Positions 19,373 through 28,187 of a stretch of 64,000 nucleotides of DNA are shown in pieces; position 1 is the first letter of the stretch; each line of letters opens with the position of its first letter. Under the pieces are notes generated by a model that made no database searches, was not told where the DNA came from, and worked only from the letters and a program-made list of their open reading frames with translations. A program made the position numbers and the translations under genes. Origin of the DNA: a virus (Duplodnaviria > Heunggongvirae > Uroviricota > Caudoviricetes); IMG/VR virus record IMGVR_UViG_3300013126_000013, one strand, 5' to 3'.

Positions 19373-20638
19373 TCAGGCAGACTTAACCGCCTGAACACGT
19401 GCCTTAAACATACCGTCCTTGATCTTTGTCGTGTTCTTCTCGTCGTTTGGAAATACATCTGCAAACTTAACAGCACGAACACTATCGAAAACCCACCGCA
19501 CTTTCATCAGGTGCTCAGTCGGAGCATCCTCAGAACCCAGTCGGCCATTCTCATCACAAACACCAACAGCCCACAGCAGCAGTACAACCTCAGGATCACG
19601 AAAAGCATCCATGTCCTCGAACATGTGAACCCAAGTCTTCGGGTTCAGAGTGTCCAGCTTGTGCATATGCATATGGAACCGAGTAGTCTTCATCACTCGA
19701 TCTCGCATCTTTGCGGGAACAGTCAGACGATTACAGAAGTCACGAGCAACTGCAACACCAGTCACCTCATGCCCGTAGTGCTTAGGCAGCTGATCACGTG
19801 GTGTCAGACCCTTACCGAAGTCATGTACCAGACATGCCAGTCGAGTCTCCAGGTCAAAGTTGCTCTCAGCAGCTTGAGTCAGAACCAGCATAGTGTGCTC
19901 GTACGCATCGCCCTCAGGGTGCCAACGCCGAGCCTCCAGTGCAGTCTTCAGTCGATAGACCTCAGGAAACAGAACATGCAGAGCGTCGCACTCCAGCAGA
20001 GTATCGAAAAACAGTCGTGCATGATCCTCCATCAGAGCTCGACTCAGCTCCTTCCAAACGCGCTCAGCAGTCAGCTCGTTCAGAACACCCTTCTTTGCCA
20101 TCTGAGAAACCAGAGCAGCAGTCTCAGGAGCAACTGTCCAGTCAGAACCGAAGCGAGCCCGAAAACGTGCCAGCCGCAGAACCCGAACCGGATCCTCGAC
20201 AAAAGCATCAGAAGTGTGCCGCAGTACTTTGTTCTTCATATCTTCTTGACCACTGAAAGGGTCGACTATATTCATAATGCGAGTCTCAGCATCGTCAAAG
20301 AACTCTATCGCCATCGCGTTAATCGTCAGATCGCGACGAGACAGATCCTCTTCGATCGTAACCTCGGGTCCAAACTCAACATCGAAACCGTGATAGCCTT
20401 TGCCAGACTTACGCTCTCGCCGTGCGAGAGCCCACTCGTCACCTTGATCGCTCAGATACACCGGAAACTCAGCGCCGACTTTGGTAAACGACTTGATGTA
20501 AAACGGAGGGTTCGCCATCAGCTCAGCCTCAGTTGCACCGGTGACAACCCAGTCAACATCCTGAGAGCGTACACCCATCAGATAATCACGAACGTATCCG
20601 CCGACTTTGTAAAATCTCATGTTGTTCACCTTGTTCAT
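19373..20638 (-). CDS. cca: tRNA nucleotidyltransferase (CCA-adding enzyme) with HD domain
   Basis: GGYVRDYLMG..DVDW head motif; HD motif HPEGDAYEHT; 421 aa. Confidence 0.8.
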   Translation of the reverse strand: MNKVNNMRFYKVGGYVRDYLMGVRSQDVDWVVTGATEAELMANPPFYIKSFTKVGAEFPVYLSDQGDEWALARRERKSGKGYHGFDVEFGPEVTIEEDLSRRDLTINAMAIEFFDDAETRIMNIVDPFSGQEDMKNKVLRHTSDAFVEDPVRVLRLARFRARFGSDWTVAPETAALVSQMAKKGVLNELTAERVWKELSRALMEDHARLFFDTLLECDALHVLFPEVYRLKTALEARRWHPEGDAYEHTMLVLTQAAESNFDLETRLACLVHDFGKGLTPRDQLPKHYGHEVTGVAVARDFCNRLTVPAKMRDRVMKTTRFHMHMHKLDTLNPKTWVHMFEDMDAFRDPEVVLLLWAVGVCDENGRLGSEDAPTEHLMKVRWVFDSVRAVKFADVFPNDEKNTTKIKDGMFKARVQAVKSA

Positions 20639-20676
20639 AGATATAGTCTACACTACATGCAGATAGATGTCAACAA
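20635..20676 (-). promoter_or_regulatory. phage promoter (TTGACAT family)
   Basis: AGATAGATGTCAACAAC. Confidence 0.55.
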
Positions 20677-20679
20677 CTA

Positions 20680-20910
20680 TTATTCAAATTCACAATGAAG
20701 TTCTTCTTCATAATAGTAACAGTCGTCAACATATTCGGGGTCGTAACCGTGTTCGATTGCTTGCTGAACATGATATTGATGTCGTGCAAAATCGGCTTCA
20801 GCTTCAAGATGTGCTTGAAGTTCAGAATCTGCACAAGCCGACAAGAGTACGACCGAGATAAGAACGAGATATTTCATGTTGAGCTCCTTGCTATATAGAT
20901 AGCTTATCAT
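20680..20910 (-). CDS. small lipoprotein
   Basis: MKYLVLISVVLLSAC lipobox. Confidence 0.45.
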   Translation of the reverse strand: MISYLYSKELNMKYLVLISVVLLSACADSELQAHLEAEADFARHQYHVQQAIEHGYDPEYVDDCYYYEEELHCEFE

Positions 20911-20932
20911 GTGCTGAAACTGATGTCAACAG
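20890..20932 (-). promoter_or_regulatory. phage promoter (TTGACAT family)
   Basis: CTATATAGATAGC..CTGATGTCAACAG. Confidence 0.55.
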
Positions 20933-20935
20933 TTA

Positions 20936-21337
20936 TTATCGATGCAGGGACAATTTTTTGAGCTGCTCGAGGATTTCATCTGGAGTCAAGTCACAAGCAA
21001 AGACCCATGCACATGTTACTTCTGAAGTAAGAAACACCTTACCGTAGAAGTTACGCCACGGATACGTCGGGTCAACAGTAACACCGACAGGATGAGGTGT
21101 ACCCATTCCCATAGCTGCGATATCGCTGATCTGCTCAAGTGTAGCCTCAAGAACGAGAGTGCGTCCAAAAGAACGATCTTCTTTCCATTCTTCGATATAT
21201 GGCACATATTCATTCGGAGTTTTTGTGTTAACCCATTCATCGAAGTCTGCTTGAGCATGCATCGCTTGAGCCATACCTTTACCAGGATTCAAGTCTTGCA
21301 GGTCTTCTCGCATAAGGCAATAGAGAGTTGGTGTCAT
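20936..21337 (-). CDS. peptidyl-tRNA hydrolase, PTH2 family
   Basis: LYCLMREDLQDLNPGKGMAQAMHA resembles PTH2 core (..RTDLKMGKGKIAAQCSHA). Confidence 0.5.
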   Translation of the reverse strand: MTPTLYCLMREDLQDLNPGKGMAQAMHAQADFDEWVNTKTPNEYVPYIEEWKEDRSFGRTLVLEATLEQISDIAAMGMGTPHPVGVTVDPTYPWRNFYGKVFLTSEVTCAWVFACDLTPDEILEQLKKLSLHR

Positions 21338-21582
21338 TGTGTAAATGATCCTGTATTAGGTCTATGAGGGTGAGTAGAACTAGTTCTATTCGATTTCCAG
21401 TGTCCAAAGCCTGAGCTAGTAGTGCCATCATCCCAGGTTTCAACTGAATAGTATTTTTGTAACCATACAGTGTACCCGTCGTCAAGCTCAGTTGGGAGCA
21501 ATGCGAAATAAGTTACAATGCGCTGTTCACCAGATTTTGTTGTCTTCCATTTCATGATATATCTCTTTTTGCCGAATGTCAA
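21334..21582 (-). CDS. hypothetical protein (82 aa)
   Basis: ORF. Confidence 0.4.
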   Translation of the reverse strand: MTFGKKRYIMKWKTTKSGEQRIVTYFALLPTELDDGYTVWLQKYYSVETWDDGTTSSGFGHWKSNRTSSTHPHRPNTGSFTQ

Positions 21583-21585
21583 CAG
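21545..21585 (-). promoter_or_regulatory. phage promoter (TTGACAT family)
   Basis: GCCGAATGTCAACAG. Confidence 0.55.
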
Positions 21586-22257
21586 TTAATCCCAAAGAGA
21601 GAAATAATATTTTGCAAAGAGACGAAGGCCGTTTTGGATTCGATCATAGTGAGCCTTCTGCCCCACGCGATCAACCTTGAATGTGTGGTTAGGACCTTCG
21701 TTCATACGATAGAGTTCACTATCTTCTTCCTTATCGAACTTCAAGTCAACTTCACCGGAGTAAAACTGTTCATCGCCTTTATCATCTTTGGTGCACTGCT
21801 CAAAGGCCCAAATCATTTCATCGAGAACCCATGCCCAACGAGCATGTAGAGTATTATCGTGATCAGGATCGTCTGTAACAGGATGCCGAAGATGCTCTGG
21901 AACATCGGCATTATCGACGTATGGCGATCCATGTTTCTTTTCTTTTAGTTTCAAGAGAATAGGATGAACGACAAGTGCAATCGTATGATCTGCACCCCAT
22001 ACGTCATAATCATCAATGCGGATTTTGATTTTACGTTCATTCTTGTCAAGATACTTGTTAATGGTTTTGTTCAAAACATCCATCATAGCATCAGTGACTT
22101 TTGCGACTACGCGATCATACTGAGTGTAATCCGCCTCGCTGTAATCGTAGTTAAACTTACCGAAGCGCTTTGCAAAATACCAATCCTGGAGTTTCAAAGG
22201 CCAGGCGATTCGATCACGATAGGGTCCTATACGAGCTTTCATTCTTCTAGATTCCAT
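21586..22257 (-). CDS. hypothetical protein (223 aa)
   Basis: ORF. Confidence 0.45.
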   Translation of the reverse strand: MESRRMKARIGPYRDRIAWPLKLQDWYFAKRFGKFNYDYSEADYTQYDRVVAKVTDAMMDVLNKTINKYLDKNERKIKIRIDDYDVWGADHTIALVVHPILLKLKEKKHGSPYVDNADVPEHLRHPVTDDPDHDNTLHARWAWVLDEMIWAFEQCTKDDKGDEQFYSGEVDLKFDKEEDSELYRMNEGPNHTFKVDRVGQKAHYDRIQNGLRLFAKYYFSLWD

Positions 22258-22280
22258 ACAATTGTGTCACAGCCTATCAC

Positions 22281-22688
22281 TTAGCTGTAGTGAATGAGAT
22301 TTATCAGCTTTGGTTGTACACCTTCAAGTAGGTGAACGTGGTCTGGATACAGTCTTGCAAACTGTTCTTTGTAGTCGAACCACTTACCAAACAATCCAAC
22401 ATCCTCAATCTCTTGATAGTTGTTCATATCGTCGCAATAACGGAAGTCGCCAGAATCATATAGTATGAGTCCAAGAACCATATACTCACCCATCATAGCA
22501 TCCATGATTGTTTCGATCTGACGGTCAGCAGGTTGCGGTTTACCCCAGCCAAACTCATCAGTGAGTGCTTCTTCGATTTCTTCATATGCTTCATGAAAAG
22601 CATCATCCCAAGGAAGTTTCACACCATAGACGGTGTAGACATGCATGTTAATACCCATTATTTTATGATCCAATCCATATTCATCCAA
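22281..22688 (-). CDS. hypothetical protein (135 aa)
   Basis: ORF. Confidence 0.45.
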   Translation of the reverse strand: MDEYGLDHKIMGINMHVYTVYGVKLPWDDAFHEAYEEIEEALTDEFGWGKPQPADRQIETIMDAMMGEYMVLGLILYDSGDFRYCDDMNNYQEIEDVGLFGKWFDYKEQFARLYPDHVHLLEGVQPKLINLIHYS

Positions 22689-22981
22689 TCAGTATCTTCT
22701 GGCATCAGTTCAACGATATCACCATGTCGCTCTTGTAGCTGAGACCAAATATGTGCATTATTCATTCGAAGACAATATCCAGTCTTTCGGCACTCATAGC
22801 AAGATCCAGTTGAGCCATAGAACATAAACGCATGTTTAGTCTCTTCGACTCGAGTAATACCACTATTCATACGCCAAGAGTCACCGGTAGTGTAGCCACC
22901 AGACCAGCCAGCAAGAATGCGATAATGGGGATCGTCCCCTTTAATTTTGATTACGACCCAGTTATCAGGAGTGTATGTCAT
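22658..22981 (-). CDS. hypothetical protein (107 aa)
   Basis: ORF. Confidence 0.4.
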   Translation of the reverse strand: MTYTPDNWVVIKIKGDDPHYRILAGWSGGYTTGDSWRMNSGITRVEETKHAFMFYGSTGSCYECRKTGYCLRMNNAHIWSQLQERHGDIVELMPEDTDWMNMDWIIK

Positions 22982-23178
22982 AGCCCTAATGCCTTCCTCA
23001 TTTCATCTTGCGTGTCTTCTCGGCCAGCTCTGTATGCCATTCGGATCAACTCTGCAATTCTATTTGCAACACCTTCGTTTTGAGCCGGAAAGTTCCAATA
23101 CTTCGATCTAACTCCCCAGCCGGTTCCGTGTTCAGACACATATGCTTCACACTCTAAAAATGGACTACGTTCGTTCAT
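22978..23178 (-). CDS. hypothetical protein (66 aa)
   Basis: ORF, ATGA coupling. Confidence 0.35.
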   Translation of the reverse strand: MNERSPFLECEAYVSEHGTGWGVRSKYWNFPAQNEGVANRIAELIRMAYRAGREDTQDEMRKALGL

Positions 23179-23822
23179 AGTTCTACGTCCACATAGTCAT
23201 GAATACCCAAGCAATGGAACATTGTACGGCCGTGCTTGTACTGCATCGTGTTGTGCCAGTGGCCGAAGTACCACTCATCTGGTTGATGGATGTCGAGCAT
23301 TGTGCTGAACGCCATTGCAGTCCGTGTAGGAATAGTTTTAGCATTTCCTTTGAACAAAGCGAGCCCAGTTTGAATGAACATAGCAGTGCTCACCTCTTGC
23401 GGACAGTCATGGGTAATCATGACTCGAGGCTTGACCTGCTCATATATGTCGATCATACGATAAAACTCTTCCATCGAGAGCTCCTCATCAGCCCACCATG
23501 AAACACCTTCTGTACGAAGTGCATGATCGATCGACCAAGCACCACCGATAAACATCACATCATTCTCGATGAAGCCGTCTTTAATCCAGCCCGCCATTTT
23601 TGCACAGCGAGCAGGATCATCATGATTGCCACGAATGAAGCGATGAGTTCCATCCCAGTGGAACTCATCTGCACGGTCGTGCCAGTAAGGACCAGCGAAG
23701 CCTACGCCAAAGTCACCGACTTGAATCGTACGTTCGCATCCGCCAAAGTTGATTCCATCCATTGCGGTTTGGTGATAGAGTTCCCACTCGCCGTGGATGT
23801 CTCCAATGAGACGTGTTTTCAT
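23175..23822 (-). CDS. calcineurin-like metallophosphoesterase (ApaH/Ser-Thr phosphatase-like)
   Basis: GDIHG and GNHDD motifs. Confidence 0.6.
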   Translation of the reverse strand: MKTRLIGDIHGEWELYHQTAMDGINFGGCERTIQVGDFGVGFAGPYWHDRADEFHWDGTHRFIRGNHDDPARCAKMAGWIKDGFIENDVMFIGGAWSIDHALRTEGVSWWADEELSMEEFYRMIDIYEQVKPRVMITHDCPQEVSTAMFIQTGLALFKGNAKTIPTRTAMAFSTMLDIHQPDEWYFGHWHNTMQYKHGRTMFHCLGIHDYVDVEL

Positions 23823-24292
23823 TTGTCGAGTTCCTTCAGTTTGAAACTGATTTCAAGATAGAACCGATGATACTTCTCCATCCGAGCAATGTCCTTTTCT
23901 GAGACACCTTTCAGACGGCGTACATCGGTGTTATGGCGAAGGTCGGCCAACTTTACTTTCATCGCATCGACGTTAGCAAAGACACCTTCTTTGTATTCAT
24001 CGTAGGTCTGGCCTGGAACTTTCGTCAAAGCACGAATACCTTCGATGATGCGATCGGTCATACCGGCATCTCTTAGATCTTTGTACGTGACATCAGTATC
24101 TTCGATGACGTCATGGCCGAGTGCGATGCACTGTAGCTCTTCGTCTTCAGACTTGATGTAGTGCATCACTTTGATCGGATGCAGGATATAAGGATTACCG
24201 CCACGATCAAACTGCCCATGATGAGCGTTGGTCGCGATGTGAAGCATCTTGCTGAGGAGTTCACCTTTTTTCATACTATAGTCTCCTTCCAT
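23819..24292 (-). CDS. HD-domain (p)ppGpp hydrolase-like protein (small alarmone hydrolase type)
   Basis: HHGQFDRGGNPYILHP..ALGHDVIEDT matches RelA/SpoT HD hydrolase motif. Confidence 0.55.
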   Translation of the reverse strand: MEGDYSMKKGELLSKMLHIATNAHHGQFDRGGNPYILHPIKVMHYIKSEDEELQCIALGHDVIEDTDVTYKDLRDAGMTDRIIEGIRALTKVPGQTYDEYKEGVFANVDAMKVKLADLRHNTDVRRLKGVSEKDIARMEKYHRFYLEISFKLKELDK

Positions 24293-24331
24293 GGTTTTAC
24301 TCTATACCATGAAGTTATAAATGTCAATCAT
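24292..24331 (-). promoter_or_regulatory. phage promoter (TTGACAT family)
   Basis: TTATAAATGTCAATCA. Confidence 0.5.
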
Positions 24332-25082
24332 AAATATTCGACCAATGCTCAGGATTTACGACTCCTTCAGAGTCTTCATCGAGCTGTGGAAAGATATTAA
24401 GCCCCGTGAGTTCTTCTACTCGATTCACGGTGGTAAGATACTTAGGCATATCTTTGACTGGAAGTTCAGCGTTTGGCATAAGATATGCAATGGTCGAGTC
24501 TGTTGCCTTATCATATACGACCTTCCAGAGGTACGTAGGAACACCTACTTTACCATCACCAATGGTCTTATAACCTTCTTCGTAGATCGTGCCAGATACT
24601 ACATAGAGGTCACGATTCTCAAGCGCCCAGTTGCGCACCTTGAGTTCAAGCATCCGCCAGATACCACGATTGTTATTTGGAACTTGCGGTACCATGTTTG
24701 AGAGGAAGAAGCTCTCACTCATAACTTCTTGGCTAGCTTTATTATTCGCGCCTGCTGACAAGTGTCCACGATCATATGGCTCACCTGAGTAATCTTCAAG
24801 GCTTGCTGAGTGTTCTTTTGGAATTTGATAATCTGGCCGAAAATCGTCCCTGCGTTTAGCAACACCTGTAATATCTAAATTATCAAGATGTTCAACTACA
24901 TACTCAGCGGTCTTTGTGTCATAGCGGTAATGAATTGCGTAGTTAGTATGGCATACATACTGAGTGTTTTCAGTAATAGCCGAAATAGGAGCGCCGAAAA
25001 TCACGTGCTGAGAACAGTTCTCATCAATAGGATTTGCGAAAGTAACAGATGGTATAAGAGCAAGAAGATAAAGTAAGCGCAT
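24324..25082 (-). CDS. secreted DNA/RNA non-specific endonuclease (NucA/Serratia nuclease family)
   Basis: signal peptide; GYDRGHL active-site motif; NNNRG. Confidence 0.75.
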   Translation of the reverse strand: MRLLYLLALIPSVTFANPIDENCSQHVIFGAPISAITENTQYVCHTNYAIHYRYDTKTAEYVVEHLDNLDITGVAKRRDDFRPDYQIPKEHSASLEDYSGEPYDRGHLSAGANNKASQEVMSESFFLSNMVPQVPNNNRGIWRMLELKVRNWALENRDLYVVSGTIYEEGYKTIGDGKVGVPTYLWKVVYDKATDSTIAYLMPNAELPVKDMPKYLTTVNRVEELTGLNIFPQLDEDSEGVVNPEHWSNIYD

Positions 25083-25110
25083 GGATCCTCCATAATATTG
25101 TGCTTACTAT

Positions 25111-25440
25111 TTATTCCTCGCTCTTATAGAACAGATAGCTAGGATGCGTGCGGTTTTTCCACGCTTTATACTGTGAATCCATAAAATTCACTTTAGCCAC
25201 AATATAGCCATCGACGCATTCTTCTTTGTACCAGTCTCGAATGCGTCGATATTCGTCTGCAACTTGGTCAGCAGCCTCTTCAAGCGTGTTATCAACATGC
25301 CGACAGTCTCCGAGCACTCTGCAAAAATGCTGTTCAACAGTGATCTCGTCGTCTGGCCAGAAGGCAATATCCCAGCCTTTACCATTACACATTATGCTTC
25401 CTGCCCGAAAGGTAAGATTGCATTTCAAGAGTAAGTTCAC
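25111..25440 (-). CDS. hypothetical protein (109 aa)
   Basis: ORF. Confidence 0.4.
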   Translation of the reverse strand: MNLLLKCNLTFRAGSIMCNGKGWDIAFWPDDEITVEQHFCRVLGDCRHVDNTLEEAADQVADEYRRIRDWYKEECVDGYIVAKVNFMDSQYKAWKNRTHPSYLFYKSEE

Positions 25441-25576
25441 GAATTCTAGGTTTTACCGAAACATCGTTATCACGAATGAGCTTTTTCATAAGATTAGCTC
25501 GCTCTCTTCGCATATCTCCGATTTTTGATCCAACCCAGAGACCATTTACTACCTCATAGTTCTTTTCGTCGATCAT
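25385..25576 (-). CDS. hypothetical protein (63 aa)
   Basis: ORF. Confidence 0.3.
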   Translation of the reverse strand: MIDEKNYEVVNGLWVGSKIGDMRRERANLMKKLIRDNDVSVKPRIRELTLEMQSYLSGRKHNV

Positions 25577-25827
25577 GCAACCACCTTATCAAGAATTTTA
25601 CTCAAGTTCTCAAGTACCCACTCTTTTGCAACAATGAGTTGTGCAGCATCACCTTGTACTTCGGCATCTTTAAACTTTGCTGCAGTCAACACAATGTTAT
25701 AGTCGGTTGGTAGGCCCGCATCAACTTCGTATACAAAGAAGTCTGATTCTTTTGGCCTACAATATCTATATAGATAAGTGAAGGCCATAAAGTCTTCGAG
25801 GATATCAGTTATCACGCTTTCATCCAT
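25573..25827 (-). CDS. hypothetical protein (84 aa)
   Basis: ORF. Confidence 0.4.
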   Translation of the reverse strand: MDESVITDILEDFMAFTYLYRYCRPKESDFFVYEVDAGLPTDYNIVLTAAKFKDAEVQGDAAQLIVAKEWVLENLSKILDKVVA

Positions 25828-26312
25828 TCCATTAGAGCTTCATACTTCGGCGTCGAGCCGATGTTCTTCTTGCAGTGATCGAGGAGCAGGTCCCGAAGAA
25901 CACAACCGTCGATCAGCCGGAAGATGAAGCCGCCGTCGGCCTTGTTGATCAGGTTTGGCACCATCTCAAGCGCGATGCGCTTCTTGTCAGCACCATAAAT
26001 CGTCCGTGCCAGCAACTCTAGACCTTCCAGTCGACCTTCAGCATTGCGGAAAGCTTCCCAGAAAGCTGCTTCGACTGCATCAACACGAGCTAAGTCCGAC
26101 GGATCGAGCATAGCCCGAGTGTCGTCGATCGTTTCGTTCAGAACGAGCTCAACGATGTTACGATCAACTCGGACGATGTCCTTGGTCTTGTGGATCTGCA
26201 CATACTCATCGGCTTTGACCTTGAGCATGTGCCCGTCTGCAAACCGAATGATGATACCCTCTTCACCGCGAAGAGCCTTTACTTTTTCAAGAAGAGCTTC
26301 AATTTTCGTCAT
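25812..26312 (-). CDS. rnlA: RNA ligase (Rnl1-type), C-terminal segment (motifs IV-V)
   Basis: EGIIIRFADGHMLKVKADEYV = motif IV (EG..) + motif V (KxK); own RBS/promoter. Confidence 0.65.
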   Translation of the reverse strand: MTKIEALLEKVKALRGEEGIIIRFADGHMLKVKADEYVQIHKTKDIVRVDRNIVELVLNETIDDTRAMLDPSDLARVDAVEAAFWEAFRNAEGRLEGLELLARTIYGADKKRIALEMVPNLINKADGGFIFRLIDGCVLRDLLLDHCKKNIGSTPKYEALMEWMKA

Positions 26313-26339
26313 CGTTGTCTCTTTTCACATGGTCTCGAT

Positions 26340-26378
26340 ATAAATAGACTATACTGATCGTTGGAGGATGTCAACATG
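26340..26378 (-). promoter_or_regulatory. phage promoter serving the RNA-ligase C-terminal ORF
   Basis: revcomp GTTGACATCCTCCAACGATCAGTATAGTC; overlaps RBS/start of plus-strand HEG. Confidence 0.55.
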
Positions 26379-27089
26379 TTTTTGCTGTACAAGACAACAA
26401 ATTTGCTGAATGGTAAAGTGTACGTTGGTATTCATGAGTGTGGCGATACATGTCGACATCTTGTAGATTCTAAGTGTACGTACTTTGGGTCTGGCTCAGC
26501 CATTGGGCGGGCGCTGAAGAAGTACGGAAAGGAAAACTTTATACGAGAAACTTTAGCGGAATTTTCTACAGAGGCACAAGTTCTCGCAGAAGAAGCACGT
26601 ATCGTCGACAAAGCTTGGGTGAAGTCTTCTAATAACTACAACATGGCACTCGGAGGAGGTAAGCCGCCAAACCAATCTGGCTTTAAGATGTCACAGAAAG
26701 CTAAAGAGAAGATCAGTGAAGCATCTAAGCAAAGATCACAAAGTTTGTCATATACAGCCAAGAAGACTATGGATGCTAGGGTTTCAACGGGTGGTTGGAC
26801 TTCAGAAGAAATATCTAAAAGAGTCCAGACAAGAAGAACAACTGTTGGGTACTCGAGCGACATGACTGCATGTAACACCCAAGAATCTATAGCTAAACGT
26901 GTAGCTACTAAGAAGGCAAATGGTTACAAACAAGATGTATCTTACTTGCACTCAGAAGATGTTACTTTCCGCAAAACAAGAACCAGGATCATCAACCAGA
27001 TGAAGAAAGGCAAGACCTTCAATGAAGAGGTCTTGCTTAAGTACAACATTACTTCAGAAGATACTCAAGGTATTCTTCTACCGAGTTGA
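26376..27089 (+). mobile_element. GIY-YIG homing endonuclease gene inserted inside the RNA ligase gene
   Basis: MFLLYKTTNLLNGKVYVGIH GIY-YIG; GGAGG RBS; probable ATG 26376 (track gives 26361 TTG). Confidence 0.75.
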
Positions 27090-27705
27090 ATGTACGAACC
27101 AACTCAAAAGGTGCATCCCACTGACGCAAGCTACGGTACTCACCAGACACAGTCTCACGTATTGCAGTCAGGATCAACTTGGCTTCGGTATATTCGACAA
27201 CAATCTTGTTGGTCGGAGCAACATACTCGAAGATCGGTGTGAAGCCATCAATCATCATGTCCTCGAGCCAGTCATACTGGCCAGGATCAAGAAGCTTCTC
27301 GGCTTCCATCGCGATGTCGGTCACACCCATCTTCGTAGCAAGACGAACCATGCCGTGCATACGAACCGGGCGAATCATCGAACCGTCGAGCTTGTCCATC
27401 ACAATGTGAGCACGAGTCAAGTCCAGTCGATGCGACTGGGTTTCTTCTTTCTCGTTTATGTTGAAGAACTTGTGGAACGGACGAGACATGATGTTGCCTT
27501 CAGTGTCGAAGATCAGGCCGCGGCATTCACGACGAATGGCACCCATCACATCGTCAGGACCTTCCATCTTGAAAGTATCAGGCATAGCGACGAGATAGTT
27601 GATCACCGTACCAAACTCACGTTCAGCAACAACGAACTCATCACGACTAGCGATTGCCGGAAGAACGTCATTGATCGTACGAATTTCAGGGAACTGGTAG
27701 TGCAT
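27049..27705 (-). CDS. rnlA: RNA ligase (Rnl1-type), N-terminal segment (motifs I-IIIa)
   Basis: KLDGSM motif I at residue ~105 (T4 Rnl1 K99), FEYV motif III; ORF stops inside HEG region. Confidence 0.7.
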   Translation of the reverse strand: MHYQFPEIRTINDVLPAIASRDEFVVAEREFGTVINYLVAMPDTFKMEGPDDVMGAIRRECRGLIFDTEGNIMSRPFHKFFNINEKEETQSHRLDLTRAHIVMDKLDGSMIRPVRMHGMVRLATKMGVTDIAMEAEKLLDPGQYDWLEDMMIDGFTPIFEYVAPTNKIVVEYTEAKLILTAIRETVSGEYRSLRQWDAPFELVRTFNSVEEYLEYLLK

Positions 27706-27721
27706 AATGTACCTCTCTGTT

Positions 27722-27761
27722 ACTCGATAGATATAAGTAATCTACTCGGGAATGTCAACCA
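27722..27761 (-). promoter_or_regulatory. phage promoter (extended consensus copy)
   Basis: TTACTCGATAGATATAAGTAATCTACTCGGGAATGTCAACC. Confidence 0.6.
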
Positions 27762-27774
27762 GCAAAATGCAGAT

Positions 27775-27897
27775 TTATGCGTTATCTGCGTACCAGACGA
27801 TGAACTTCCACGAAGCAGCTTCGATCGCCTTGCCGAGGGCATAGAGCCCGCCGAACATGATGACGTTGGGGAGGACGTAGTAGATGATGGTTTCCAT
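27775..27897 (-). CDS. small hydrophobic protein (40 aa)
   Basis: sub-threshold ORF METIIYYVLPNVIMFGGLYALGKAIEAASWKFIVWYADNA; ATG overlaps upstream stop. Confidence 0.3.
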   Translation of the reverse strand: METIIYYVLPNVIMFGGLYALGKAIEAASWKFIVWYADNA

Positions 27898-27898
27898 A

Positions 27899-28066
27899 TC
27901 ACACCTGATAATCTTGGGGTTCAGAGTTTTTCATACGTTCGAGAAGAGGCTTGAGTTCAGCTCGACGAACTGCGTATTGCGCGATGCCGAGCTGATTACC
28001 TTCCGAGTCGAGCCACAGCGCAGTCCAGAGACGAAGGCTACGATCGTACCAGTGTTCGATTTTCAT
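27899..28066 (-). CDS. small hypothetical protein (55 aa)
   Basis: sub-threshold ORF with AGGAA RBS directly after promoter. Confidence 0.3.
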   Translation of the reverse strand: MKIEHWYDRSLRLWTALWLDSEGNQLGIAQYAVRRAELKPLLERMKNSEPQDYQV

Positions 28067-28082
28067 GCCGGATTCCTTCTCT

Positions 28083-28123
28083 TACTCGATAGATATAAGC
28101 AATCCGGCATGAAATGTCAACCA
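28083..28123 (-). promoter_or_regulatory. phage promoter (extended consensus copy)
   Basis: CTTACTCGATAGATATAAGCAATCCGGCATGAAATGTCAACC. Confidence 0.6.
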
Positions 28124-28187
28124 GCTAAACCAACAAAAATGATGCCCGCGGCTAAAATAATCACAAGAAGCGTAAAGGCATCCATGA

